From Lama guanicoe (lineage: Eukaryota): a DNA stretch of 64,000 nucleotides. The position numbers and the translations under genes were made by a program. The stretch covers positions 5,178,071 to 5,242,070 of the forward strand of contig MU053810.1 of NCBI GenBank assembly GCA_013239625.1, read 5' to 3'. Under the pieces are notes generated by a model. The model saw only the letters and a program-made list of their open reading frames with translations. It was not told the origin of the DNA and searched no databases. Positions 1-12,071 of this stretch are shown here, one piece after another (the stretch's first letter is position 1; every line of letters starts with the position of its first letter).

Positions 1-2374
1 GGGCCTTTCTTTCCCCCTCATTTGACATGACCTGGACATGATCAGCTCTTCCGTTAGTGACTACAATGCCTATCAGGGCCCCTCTTCCAGGCTCCAGCTC
101 TCACCCGGCTCTGGTAATGCTGTTTGTTCCCCTGTCCTTCAGCCTAGGGTGGTGGTGATTTCCACCGCCCCTGGTCCTGGTGCCTCAGTGTTCCTTGTTG
201 GTTCCCTTAGCCCAGCTTCACTTCTGAAAATAGTTCCTCCATAAATTCTCTTCGGAATCCCAGCCCAGGTTGCCTTCCACTTCTTGCTGGATCCACGGCA
301 GACAGAGCTTCCGTCTGTCACCTCCTATGCACGTGTGTATAACGTGGTGGGAAAACACTGGCCTGGGAGTTGGTTGATGTGAGTTTTAGTCCCTCTTCAG
401 CTACCTGATAATTTTGCGACCAGAGCAAAGGTAAGCCAAACTGCAAGTTCACTGACAGTAAGGACCACATTTGCTTTGCTCACAGTAGTATCTCCCGGGC
501 TGGGTACAATGTCCAGAACAGAGAAGATGTTCAGTAGATGAATGGATGGATGAAGGAACAAATAAGCCCACTTAATACAGTTGCATTATATCCTCATCTA
601 TGAAATGAGAAGTTTGGCATCATTAGACCAAAAGATCCTTTCCAGAATAATGAGATTGTTATTTCATGAAGAATGAGCAGAATGTGTCCTCCTCGGGGAC
701 ATGTAACCATGCTGTCATATAACTATATGCGACTCTTAACCAGGGAGGGGAGCAGGGTTCAGGGCTTGTCAGGAGCATAGCTAGTGGCTCTGTTACCATG
801 GCAGCTACATGACCTGGCTAACAAGGCATCCAACAAGGGAGGGTTAGCTGTTGTCCATCAACGTGGACGCAAAGGAACTCTGTAAGTGACCATGTTAGGA
901 AGCTGAGACCTGCTTACCCACCTCAGCCAAGAAGGTGCAGGGTGGAAGAGCCTTTTCCTTCTGGGGGAAGTTCTTCCTCTCTTTATTTTTCAGCATTATT
1001 TTAGATATAAAAACCTGGCTTTCACAAAAGCATGTCTATTTTAAGAAAGGCAGAATCCAAATGAGAGAGGGGGAGGGAGAGAGGAAGAGAGGGAACCAAA
1101 CAGCAGTGCTCTTCCTTCAAGGGACATACTGTCCCACCTGCACATCTGCCAGCCTTCTTGCCTGCCTGTCTTCCTTTCCTCTTTCCAGCATACCATTATG
1201 AAACACCTGTGTTTATACTGGGCACTGGGTTAGGCACTGGGGAGACTGATAACAACAAAGAGACACAATTCTTGCCCTCAGGCCACTCCTGCTGTCTGGG
1301 AAACCCTCTTACTCTGCAGCTTAAGGCCCAGCTAAAGACCTACCTACATCCTGCAGTGAATGTTCATGCCTTGGAACCTGGTAAAACATATGATCTGTAC
1401 TCACACAATCCTACCTCTATATGTACGCATATACACAGCATCTCTCATCAATTAAATTACAACATTATCCATACCAGAAATTTTATCTTATGCCTCTTGT
1501 GGCTCAGCATGATACTCTGCAGAACAGGCATTTAATAAATGTCTACTGATGACTGTGTTGACATTGATAAAACATTAAGAATTTAAAACAGCATATGAAT
1601 CCATTTTTCAGTAGAAATTAATGCAGTAAGACTTTTTTTTGTTTGTTTTTAAAAGGTCACTAGATAAAGCTTTGTAGAAATCTTTCAAACTAACAAAACA
1701 AAGACTAAAGTGCTATTTTTACCTCAATAAGAAAGAGCATGACTACAGAAGAGCATAAGCAGCTGATTAATAAAAGCCCTCTAATGATGATGGAGCAACC
1801 CTGATCACATTCCCTGATGTCTGAAATGCTTCAAATTAAGTCTCATATTAAAAACTCCAATGTAAGTGTCTTTAAGTCTATCTTATTCAAAATAAAGAAA
1901 ACATATAAAACCTAGCACCTGGTTATTTTGAACTCTGGACATTTGGCTTAGAGGAAAGAAAAATAAAGTTGGTCTAGGGACAGTTCCAATTATTCTAGAG
2001 CTCCACCTAGTGAAAAAAACCTCTATTTTATGGATTTTTTTTTTTAAATGCAGGGACATGAGAATGAAAATAATGCTCTTTTGCTTTATTAATGCATGTG
2101 TGTTGCAGGAGAATGTGAGCTTGCTTACAATACTACTTCAGGAAAAAACAGCAGCTCACCCAGTTGGAAACAAATCATTATTCAATAATCTCTATGTTAC
2201 AACTTTTTGCTCTCCCCAAAGAGCCAGCTTTGCTGTGTTTAGCTGCCACTGTAACCAAAAGAGAGTGTTCTGATTTCAAAATCAAAGTGCTGGCCTTAAT
2301 AATCATTGATGGCGGACCTTGCTTTTGAGATGTTCTAAAGACTCACACGTGAATGTACATTACAGAACACTTAC

Positions 2375-2521
2375 TTGCAGAACTGCCTCCCTTTCTTCGT
2401 CAGATACCCTTTTAATCGCTCCTTTCCTAAGGTTTTCTTGGATATAGTTATCATACTCCTCCTGCGCTTTCTTCGCTTCCTTATTTCGCTTACATATATA
2501 TTCAGGCGTGACACCATAATC
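2375..2521 (-). CDS. ENKUR: Enkurin, coding exon 4 (DYGVTPEYICKRNKEAKKAQEEYDNYIQENLRKGAIKRVSDEEREAVLQ)
   Basis: Core of ORF 2360..2584. Acceptor ttttaag| at 2522, donor CAA|GTAAGT at 2374, 147 nt. Exons 1-4 total 594 nt (198 codons). The C-terminal exons were not found and are presumed left of the window. Confidence 0.95.
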
Positions 2522-3265
2522 CTTAAAAGGAAAAGATAAAAATAAAACCCAACAACCTGAAAGTAATCTTACATATGTGTACATACCAACTGATGATCAG
2601 GAGAAAAAGACGTATTACAGACGTAAAGCCTTTGTTCAAAACACTGCACATTGAAATAAGTCAGTGACTTTTTTTTTTTCCCTATTGGGAACTAGTGGAT
2701 TCTGGTCACTTAAAACCACCTGCACTGCTATTGTGGCCCTTTGTTTTCCCTCTTCCTCCCAGTGCCTGTTCTTGCCTGGTGACTGGGCCCTTACTTTACC
2801 CTTCAGAGTTGGCTTTTCTTTATTTCTTTAAGGTGCTTCAGCTTTTACCTTGAACTATCTTGAGTATCTTGAGGTCTGTTTTGCATGCTCTTGTTTAAAA
2901 AAAAGAAGGTAAATACTTCCAATGCATTGTAAAAACAAAGTGAAAGATACTAAGCACATCTGCTTTAAGAAAAAAACTGACTTGGGCCCCTAAGGCGGTT
3001 TTTGGAAATGCAGAATACATTTTTAGGCTCCTGGGCTGCTTACAAGGACTGATGCTGAAGCAGTCAGCTGTGATTCTTTCAAGCTAGTGAACGTGTTGAC
3101 ACCACTACGTAGAGAAAGAGGACTGCTCCCTGTTCATCCTTCAAAAAATTATTTGAGAATGTACTTGGTGCTAGCTACACTAAGGAAGAAGCAAGGCAAA
3201 GTTTCTGTCCTCACAGAATGTGCATTCTATGGTGAGAGGAACTCAGCAAAAATAAAGTATTAACT

Positions 3266-3291
3266 TGTGTGTGTGTGTGTGTGTGTGTGTG
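3266..3291. repeat. (TG)13 microsatellite
   Basis: Directly visible. Confidence 0.95.
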
Positions 3292-3389
3292 CATGCGCAT
3301 GTGCCAAAGCAAAATCCAGTAAGAAGAAAGGAGAGCTATTTTAGGTAAACGATGCCAAGGAAGACCTCTCTGAGGAAGCAGCTGTTGAG

Positions 3390-3570
3390 ATGGTAGGCAT
3401 TAGAACTGTTTACAAATATTCTGGTTCTTCTCCTTCTAGGCACTTGGCAGGACAATGCTTTCCCATTCCCCTTTGAGTAAGATGTAGTCATGTGACCTGA
3501 ATTACTCGATGTGGACGGAAGTAACCTTTGCCCTCCTTGGGTCTTGTTAACCATAGCATAACCTAACTTA
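3390..3570 (+). mobile_element. MLT1-like (ERVL-MaLR) LTR fragment
   Basis: tggtaggcattagaactgtttacaaatattctggttct...gtcatgtgacc resembles an MLT1 5' portion, from memory. Confidence 0.45.
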
Positions 3571-5095
3571 CCCCTGACTAAACCAGGGGTAGAAATCCTA
3601 GTTATAAATGTGTTCTGGGAAGTTGCAAAGCACTACACAAATAAACTCTTAAGAGCTCAGTATTCTGGTAAGTTAGTTCAAGGGTAATCAGTACAATCAG
3701 TTTCAGGAAACAGTGAGGGCAACACCTCATTTCAGCTCAGTACAATCACTGATGTTCATAATGTTGATTTTGCATCATCACAAAAGATTAAACTATGTTT
3801 GGCATACTCTGTTTAGGAGAAAAAACTATCTCACAAATGGGTAAAAGGTGCAGTGATCTGAAATATTTGCATGTGTGGGATCACTGAAGAATTAATCATA
3901 ACATTAATAATTGCATATATTATAAGAGCCACTCTTGATTGAACATTTATTAGGTGCCAGGTGTTGCATCAACTGCTTAATATAGTTTAAATCACTTAAT
4001 CTTCACTACAGTGCTGTGGTAAATCCAGTAACTTGTTCAAGATCACAGAGTTAAGTAAGTGGCAGAGTTAGAATCAGAAATGCTGCCTCACTATTACTGC
4101 TGTAATACTCAGGCAAACATCCAGGCTTCAGTTTGCTTACACAAACTGTCCTCGTGGCACCAATGGACATGTAATATTTTATTTGGAGCTAAAACATGAG
4201 GTTCACCCACTTTTTAAAAAGTGGCATTGCCCTTACAAGGACTTACTATCTCACTTACCAGTAATAGGTTTTAAATCTTAACTCTAATAAGTGGCAAGTA
4301 AGTTGAATTAGTCCTTCATGAGCCCTGATGGCTTAGCCAGCTGGAGTACATACACTAGGAGCAAAGAATTGCATGGCTCGGTGAACAAGCCCAGGTGGAC
4401 TAACCTAATATTTTCCTGTCTCCAGGATGGAGACTCTTAATTTTCTGTTCAACGCAGAAAGTGTACTAAAGCAGAGAGATTAGGCAGAAGGCCGCCAGAA
4501 GGAGGGGCACAGTGTGTGGCTGTTGGTGGCATGACCATCAAAAGAGGAGCGGTTTTACACAATAGTGGAGAAAGGATGGACTGTGAGTGGCTTTAAAGAG
4601 CCAGAAGAGTGACATTTCTGCTTTTCCACACTCTGTGGGGCAAGGACTACGACCAGCCTCCGGGGGCCACAGAGAGAAGAAGTTTCCGGAGAAGCCTGAA
4701 GTCTCTGTTGGCATGTGCTGCCGACTGCTGGATCCTACTAAGGACTTCCAAGGTGTCTCAGCCAACTGAGTGACGAGGGTTTCTCAGGGAATAAGCAGTG
4801 CTCCCTGACAACAGCTCTGAGGTTCCTGTTTTGATTCTGAACAGGCACTGGATTTATCATGGCAGATCACTGGACCACCTCAACACATGCCTCTCCTACA
4901 TCACTGTTGCAATTCCTTTTTTCTCTTCCTTTCTTCCCTCTTTCCTTCCTTTCCTTTTTGAAATATGTTATATCATGCATTATTATTCTTTAGGGTTTTG
5001 CACTTGTCTTTTGCTATATATGTTTCCAGCAATTTTGTGCTCTAGAAGCATGCAAAGTAAAATAAGCTTTATGTGAGGTTTTTTTGTAAGCTTTC

Positions 5096-5234
5096 TTTTT
5101 AAGTTGATTTTTTTTTGGTGGGGGGGAAGTAATTAGGTTTATTTACTTATTTATTCTAATGATGGTATTGGGGATCGAACCTAGGACCTTGTGCATGCTA
5201 GATGTATGCTCTACCACTGAGCTGTACCCTGCCC
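5096..5234 (-). mobile_element. tRNA-derived SINE, camelid Vic-1-like
   Basis: Minus strand reads GGGCAGGGTACAGCTCAGTGGTAGAGC...GGTCCTAGGTTCGATCCCC...AATAAATAAGTAAATAAACCTAATTACTTCCCCCCCACC-poly(A). Pol III A and B boxes present. GTAAGCTTT occurs on both flanks. Confidence 0.8.
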
Positions 5235-5846
5235 ATCTCTTCTGGTAAGCTTTTTAAATTTTAAAGTTCTCTACTGAAACAAACCCAAGCTTCTACAATT
5301 TTCAAAAGTGAAATTATATTCCTATCTGATAAGCACTTTTTCAGATAGAAATGAAGGTCCTGAAAAGACTATTGTACAGTACTTTCAAGGTCTGCTTTAC
5401 TTTAAACCAAACACAAATGAATATATTCAGGTCAAAAAAGTACTGTGAATTATTCACACTACACTAGGATGTGTGTAGGATAGGATGGATGGTTCTAAAG
5501 TTGTTTTCCTCTTCTCTCATTCTGATACCAAGATACTGCAAACTGATGGCTAAATCTTAGGCTCTTCTAAAAGGTCATTCCTTCTGGATTTACAGTAATG
5601 ACTGGGCTTCTTATGACATTTCCACCTCACCAAAAATGAGTATCTTTTAGTGAATGTTTGTTAAAATTGTTAAATATATTAACAATGCAAGTTAAGGGAA
5701 GCAATCAGAGCTTTCCTCTACTGAGCCACATGTTGTTATTCACTCCAAATTTTCTGTAATTTCATCCCACTAGATTTAGACCAAACACAGGCTGCAGAGA
5801 AATAAGAAGTGTCAATTTAGATAATAGGATTGTCCAGTGAGAGCAC

Positions 5847-6098
5847 AATTTTTTTTTATTGAGGTACAGTTGGTTTACAATAGTATATTAGTTGTAGGGT
5901 ATACAACACTGTGGTTCAAAATTTTTATGGATTACACTCCATTTAAAGTTACTATAAATTATTGGCTATATTCCCCATGCTGTATAATATATCCTTATAG
6001 CTTATTTATTTTAACCACAGTAATTTGTACCTTTTAATCCCCTACTCCTGTGATGCCCCTTCCCCTCCCACTCTGCCCACCAGTAACCACCAGTCTGT
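5847..6098 (-). mobile_element. 5'-truncated L1 3' end with target-site duplication
   Basis: Poly(T) followed by typical L1 3'UTR sequence. TSD CAGTGAGAGCAC at 5835-5846 and 6099-6110. Confidence 0.85.
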
Positions 6099-6195
6099 CA
6101 GTGAGAGCACTATTAATGATCACATAGAGAATCATTATGAATAGCATATTTAAATTACTGGAATCTCAGGTCTCATTAATATAACACAAGACTAC

Positions 6196-6419
6196 CTTTT
6201 TATTGATGTACTTCGGAAGCAGTCCTGAAGTTTCAAGGTCATGCTTGTCTCCAGTTCTTCTGTCAACATAAACTGGTTTAGGCTTTTTAGCCACTGCCAT
6301 AATGACATCGGCTGCATTTGTATTTATAAAATTTTTTTCACACTGTATTCCCATGACTGGATGGTCAGTCCTCAAAGGCACAGGAGGCTTTCTGGGCTCG
6401 TTTCGATCAAACTTTTTTT
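6196..6419 (-). CDS. ENKUR: Enkurin, coding exon 3 (KKKFDRNEPRKPPVPLRTDHPVMGIQCEKNFINTNAAD...LLPKYINKK)
   Basis: Core of ORF 6166..6435. Acceptor ttcagcag| at 6420, donor AAG|GTAGTC at 6195, 224 nt, frame consistent. Confidence 0.95.
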
Positions 6420-7654
6420 CTGCTGAACATAACATTCCCTTGTTAATATTAAACTATACATACACATTGCTACTCAGTACTATTTATAGCATCCAGCAAT
6501 TTTACCACTAGTATATTAGAGTTGTATTAAGAATATATTCAACTATTTAAGGTAAAAATCAGTAATCATAAATGCAAAAAGTTAAGTGTAGCAGTCAATT
6601 AATATGCTGAAGAACAATATAAACATCTATGGGAAGAAAATAAACACCTCAAATCATATATTAGCTAACTAATGCATTTTTATTAGCTATTATGAAAATA
6701 TTTTCTTATAAAGAGTTCAACAATAAATGTTCAGTTTTCCCACTGAAAAAAGTTCAAAGAAACATTAAAACTCTTCTCTGAGTACTTTCAATATTACTAA
6801 TAATTTCTTCTTCAGAGGAAAGTTACCATAAAATCACCAAGTAAATAAATCAAACTTGGTGTATTGAAAGTCCAAGAACTTGTGAATTTTTTTCACTAAA
6901 ATTATTATTATAAGGTATAAAAACCATGTAATAACTATGCACCTAACATGCAGCTTAAGACAGAAAAGATTACCAATACTGTTGAAGTTTCCTATTCTTT
7001 CCTCCCCGACTACGTCTCACCTCCTAAAATAACTACTGTCCAGAATTTATCTTATTTATTTCTCTATACCACATTCTCTTCATTAGCAGCAGACCAAACT
7101 GGCCATTTTTACACAGCCTCTGACTCATCTGTTTTGATACAGGACATCAAAATAGTTTGTCAAAATGCTAAAATGTAAAATAGTTACAATTTATTTTTAA
7201 GAACCGAAGGCAACAACTATCTCGACAAAACCTTACTCAAATCTTAACCCCATCACATTCATCAAGGCTCCCCCATTTCATTTAACTCTTTTATTGTCCT
7301 AACGGTCTTAGAGATCTGAGAGAGTTAAAGCCCATACTCAAACCTATAGTGACCTGGTAATTGCTTCAACAACTGATAGTAATGGTTGTAATTTTCATCT
7401 CTTTGAGAAAAGACTAGACAGGGTTTAGATGCCAAACAATCTTGCCCATTGGGGTTTAGAACTCTTCTTATAATAGCTGTTTGCTATTGAAGTCATTTGG
7501 CTAGGGACAAAGATGGTGAGACATGCATGTGGTGCTGGAGGTGGGGCTTTATTGGATAGTCCAAGACGTAGTTCAAGACTCCTGTACCATCCAAAGGAAA
7601 GTCTATTTGGAGGGCAACTTAGCATTGTCCACTCTCTTTTTCTACTACATTCTT

Positions 7655-8220
7655 TTTTTGAGAAACTTTGAAAACAATATTTAAGTTGAAGTATAGTTGA
7701 TGTACAATATAAGTTACAGGTGTACAATATAGTAATTCACAATTTTTGAAGGTTATACTCCATTTATAGTTACTATAAAATATTGGATATATTCCCTGTG
7801 TTGTACAGTATGTCCTTGTATCTTATTTTATATATAATAGTTTGTACCTTTTAATCCCTTGCCCCTGTATTGCCCCTCCCCTCTTCCCTTTCCCCACTGG
7901 TAACCATAGTTTGTTCTCTTTATCTGTGAGTCTGCTTCTTTTTGGTTATATTCACAAGTTTGTAGTATTTTTTAGATTCCACATATATGTGATATCATAT
8001 AGTATTTGCTTTTTTCTTTCTGACTTATTTTCCTTAGCATAATACTCTCCAAGTCCATCCATATTGTTGTAAATGGCAAAATTTCACTCTTTTTATGGCT
8101 GAATAGTATTCCATTACATATATATACCACATCTTCTTTATCCAATCATCTGTCGATGGACACTAGGTTGCTTCCATATCGTGGCAATTGTAAATAATGC
8201 TGCTGTGAACACTGGGTGCA
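7655..8220 (-). mobile_element. 5'-truncated L1 3' end with target-site duplication
   Basis: L1 3'UTR and end of ORF2 (gaatagtattccatt...ccacatcttctttatcca). TSD TCTAC(T/C)ACATTCTT at 7641-7654 and 8221-8234. Confidence 0.85.
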
Positions 8221-8381
8221 TCTACCACATTCTTGACTTCTACTTTTTCCTGGCCTCTCAAATTCTGTTTAATACAAGGCAAAATTGCTATCACTGTGAA
8301 CATTAAATATTCACAGACAAAATAATTTTAGTTAAATTACCTGTTAACACTTTTAATATTAAAAAGAATAATAAAACCTAC

Positions 8382-8527
8382 TGGGTGGTAGAGTTTTTTC
8401 CTTTGAATGTTTCTTCAGGAAATCCTTTGGGGAAGGTATTTCAAGTTTTGCTGGTCCCATAGTTTTCACTGCAGTTTTAAATTTTTGCATATCCTCTTTT
8501 ACAGCTGCCTTGAAAACTGATACATAC
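8382..8527 (-). CDS. ENKUR: Enkurin, coding exon 2 (YVSVFKAAVKEDMQKFKTAVKTMGPAKLEIPSPKDFLKKHSKEKTLPP)
   Basis: Acceptor ttttag| at 8528, donor A|GTAGGT at 8381, 146 nt. Phases fit exons 1 and 3. Recognisable enkurin sequence. Not in the ORF track; read manually. Confidence 0.95.
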
Positions 8528-8729
8528 CTAAAATTTAAAAAAAAGTTGCAGCATATATGTTTCTAGTAAAAATTATTTAAAGTTTAAAAAGGAATATACA
8601 TTTCTAGTTTGTATATGTCTATATTCATTTGGAAATAGCTGTAAAGCATAATTATCTGTATTATCTGAACACTGTCCATTAGGCTTAGGCAAATTAGATA
8701 GAAGCTTTCCCCTAAGAAAAAGGTGCCAG

Positions 8730-10450
8730 GGTAAACATGATCGTAGCATTTCCTTGTTATCCTTTGAATATCTGTAGCATCTATAGTGATGTCACCTCTC
8801 TCATCCCTAATGTTGGTAATTTGTCTTCTCACTTTTTCTTTTCTCTTTTTGCTGATAAGTCTGGCTAGGGGTTTATTCATTTTATTGATCTTCTTAAAGA
8901 ACTAGCTTTTCATTGACTTTCTCTAATGTTCACATGCTTTCCATTTCAATGATTTCTGCACTGATCTTTACTATTTCTCCTTATTTGGGGTTTAATTTGC
9001 TTTTCTTTTTCTTTAGTTTCTTAAGGTGCAAGTTTAGATATTTTACTTTAAACCTTTATACACATACACACACACACACTATAAAATTCCCTCCAGGTAC
9101 AGCTTTATAGCTGTAGCCTACAAATACTGATATGCTATGCTTTCATTTTCATTCAGTTCAAAATACCTTTTAAAATTCCTTTATGATATATTCTTTGGCT
9201 TAGGAGTTTGTTTAGATGTGTTTTGCTTGGTCTCCAAATATTTGGGGGTGTTCCAGATAACTCTCTGACTTCTAACTTCTATTGTGATTAGAGAAAATAT
9301 TTCTGTACAATTTCAAGCCTTTAAAATTTTCTGAAACTTGTTTTATGGCACAAACCATGGTCTTTCTTGATAAATGTTCTACATACACTAGAAAAGCAAG
9401 TGTACAACACTGCTGTTGACTGGAGTGTTTTATACATGACAATTAGGTCAAACTGGTTGGTAGTATTTTCAAGTGTTCTAACAAGCATTGAAAGAGATTT
9501 TGAAATCTCTGACTACAATTTTGGATTTGTCTATTTCTTCTTCTAGTTCTATCGGGTTTTGCTTCATATATTTTGAAGCTCTAATAGTAGGTGCATAGCA
9601 TTTAGAACTATCATACCTTCTTAAAAAATTTCACTTAATCATTATAAAATAATGATCTTAATACCTTTTAAAATTCTGTATTCTAAAATATACTATCTGA
9701 TATTAATATAACCAATCCAGCACTCCTTTGATTAATGGCAGCACAGTGCTTTTTCATTCTTTGACTTTTTACTTCCCTATGTCTTTCTTTCTAAGGTGAT
9801 TTTCTTACAGAGAACATAGAATTTTTATCCTTTATAACAATTTATTTTATTTGGTGTGTTTAGACCATTCACATTAAATGTGATTTTAAAAATGTTTGTG
9901 TTTAAATTTACCATCTTGCTATTTGTTTCCTACATATACCATTGTGGGTTCTTCCTTATCTTATCCTGCCTTGTTTTTTGTTGTTGTTTTATTTTGTGGA
10001 TGTTCTAAGGTTTACAATATACATGTTTAACTCATCATAGCCTACCCTTCAAGTATTATTATATTCCTTCACATAAGGTATAAGAAACTTATGAAAGAAC
10101 ATTTGCATTTACCCCCCCATTTTTATCCTCGTGCTCTATGTGTATTATAAAACCCGTAATTCATTGTGATTATCTTCTCTTTAAAAAGTCAAGTATACTT
10201 TAAAGAAATTCAGAAAGATTCACTCATATATTTAACACGTTCAGAGTTTTTTATTCCACTGTGTAAATCCAAATTTCTAAGTCATACCCTTTTCTTGTGC
10301 ATTATGGACTTTTGAACTTCTGGCTTCCACTGTTTCTGATGAGATATTTGCTGACCCTTTCTTCCTCTGTATGTAATGTTTCTTTTTTGTTTCCTTTGGA
10401 TGGTTTTTAAGATTTTTCTCTATATTACTGGTTTTAAGAAATTTGATTTT
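8730..10450 (-). mobile_element. Old L1 (L1M-type) ORF2 remnant in ENKUR intron 1
   Basis: ORF 8584..8880 begins NKPLARLISKKRKEK...QITNIRDERGDITIDATDIQRI, a recognisable L1 ORF2 segment. T-rich degraded continuation. Boundaries approximate. Confidence 0.8.
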
Positions 10451-11177
10451 AATGATCAGTTACCTTCTTTTCTCCCCATAGATTTATGTCCTTACACCGG
10501 ACAGTAGCTAGAATGTTTACTCTGTGATTACTGTCTTGAAATTTGGGGAATTTAAGGGTCCTCACACCTATGTAAAAATTTTTAACTCAATCACATCTTT
10601 TTGGGTCTCTATCAACTCTTAATTCTACCACTATTAGATTAAAAAAAAAGACTTTAGAAACTAATTTGTCCATTTATTTTCTTTCACCAATCAAAAAACT
10701 AAGGCTCAGAAACAAATAGGAACTTATATTTGATAATAATCTTGGGGGAAAAATAAATATCTCTTTAGAAGGCACCAGTAGTGTAGTCAGAAATAAAACA
10801 ATGAACTCCTGAAACCGAGTATCAAGTACCCTAATGCAAGATAATAAAATTGTGATTTTTCTCTTTTCGACAATAAGAAATGTCAGGCTATGTTGTATAC
10901 CACATCATGTACAATTAGATAAAACACAATATAAATACATACCATATAAACAAGAGGCTAACACAAGAAAATGGCCCTCTCACAGCACCTGACCGCCCTG
11001 TGAATTGTGAGATGCCAAATACTTGTATTTCGCAACCTCTTCTTTAAGAAGCTGTCATTCAAGGCTACTTCACTGAGGTAAGAATATGTTATTTTTTTTC
11101 AAAAGTCATGTGATGCTCAAATGGAACAATTATTTCCCATTCCTGTTTGAAGTGATAATCTTTGCTTACCCACATAC

Positions 11178-11254
11178 CTAGGAGGCTGGGGAGGCTCCTT
11201 CCAGTCACTGGGTATGAGGTTATAAATGCTCTCAGAAGAGCACGGTGGATCCAT
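11178..11254 (-). CDS. ENKUR: Enkurin, coding exon 1 (MDPPCSSESIYNLIPSDWKEPPQPP-R)
   Basis: Manual minus-strand translation from GCC-ATG-G at 11254 matches the enkurin N-terminus as recalled (human MDPTCSSECIYNLIPSDLKEPPQPPR). 77 nt, donor AG|GTATGT at 11177, phase 2. Confidence 0.95.
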
Positions 11255-11481
11255 GGCCACCAAATGACTCCTTAAAACTATTCAGCTTTTTTCTCACTAG
11301 GCCAGTATCTCCATCCTTTTCTTCACTGCTTCCCTTTTCTTTCCTACTCTCCTGCCTTCTCGAGGAACTGAGGTTTCTCTCACGTATTTCTCCTTTGACC
11401 TCTTCTTCGCAGTCCTCTCTTGGGAATAAAACACCCTTTCTTCTGTTACTCTCGGGGCTGCTTAGAGTTGTTGACGGCACG

Positions 11482-11509
11482 GTTGCCCTGGAAACAGTTA
11501 CCAGGCACC
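11482..11509. promoter_or_regulatory. Tandem RFX X-boxes upstream of ENKUR
   Basis: GTTGCCCTGGAAAC (11482-11495), then after one base GTTACCAGGCACC (11497-11509). About 230-255 bp upstream of the ENKUR ATG. Confidence 0.7.
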
Positions 11510-11703
11510 GGGGTAGGAGAAGGCAGGACCGCAAACTACGTTTCCTCTTTCCCTCTCTGCAGCTCTTCTCCGCCTGAGAAGTTCAATATGTGCCTCTGTG
11601 AGTAAAGGGGTGAAGGATGACGTTCCCTTAAAAATGTTGCTCTTTCCTGCCTCTATTTCTGAAGAGAAAAACTCCTGGGAGGCAGCAGGGAAGCGAAGCT
11701 GGC

Positions 11704-11897
11704 GCGCAGGCGTCACAGAATAAGGTCCTTGTGCGCAGGCGCCAGCCCGCTTGGGGGCGGGGCGAGCGGCTAAGGCTACACGGTTGAGAGAGCTCAGGTG
11801 GGGGTGGCGCGCAGGCGAGAGTCCGGTAGCGGGTGCGAGGCTGCTCCGGCTGTGGGCGTGGCGCGCGGCCCCGGAGGCCCGCACCGGGCGCAGGCGC
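11704..11897. promoter_or_regulatory. Cluster of four NRF1-type motifs
   Basis: GCGCAGGCG(C/T/A) at 11704-11713, 11733-11742, 11809-11818 and 11888-11897. Confidence 0.6.
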
Positions 11898-12071
11898 AGA
11901 GGCCGCTGTGTGGGTGCGGGGCGAGCCCAGCGAGGCCTGGGGCCTGGGCCGAGGGCCAGAGGGGGCGAGCGCCAGGGGTGCGGGGCTGCGTCCCGAGGCG
12001 GCACTGGCGGCTCCTGGACGCTCCTTCCCATTTCCTTTCCTTTCCCGCGACTTCTCAGTGTGATTTTCTTG
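11820..12071 (+). other. THNSL1: Candidate THNSL1 non-coding exon 1 (start uncertain)
   Basis: Strong donor TTG|GTGAGT at 12072 inside the CpG island. A weaker alternative donor TGG|GTGCGG lies near 11913. The TSS cannot be determined from sequence. Confidence 0.4.

Noticed and set aside
5096..5234. tRNA-like sequence with A and B boxes
   Set aside because: It has an AT-rich tail and poly(A) and lacks a proper acceptor stem, so it is a SINE rather than a tRNA gene.
8584..8880. 98-aa ORF with protein-like N-terminus
   Set aside because: Degraded L1 ORF2 fragment, not a host gene.
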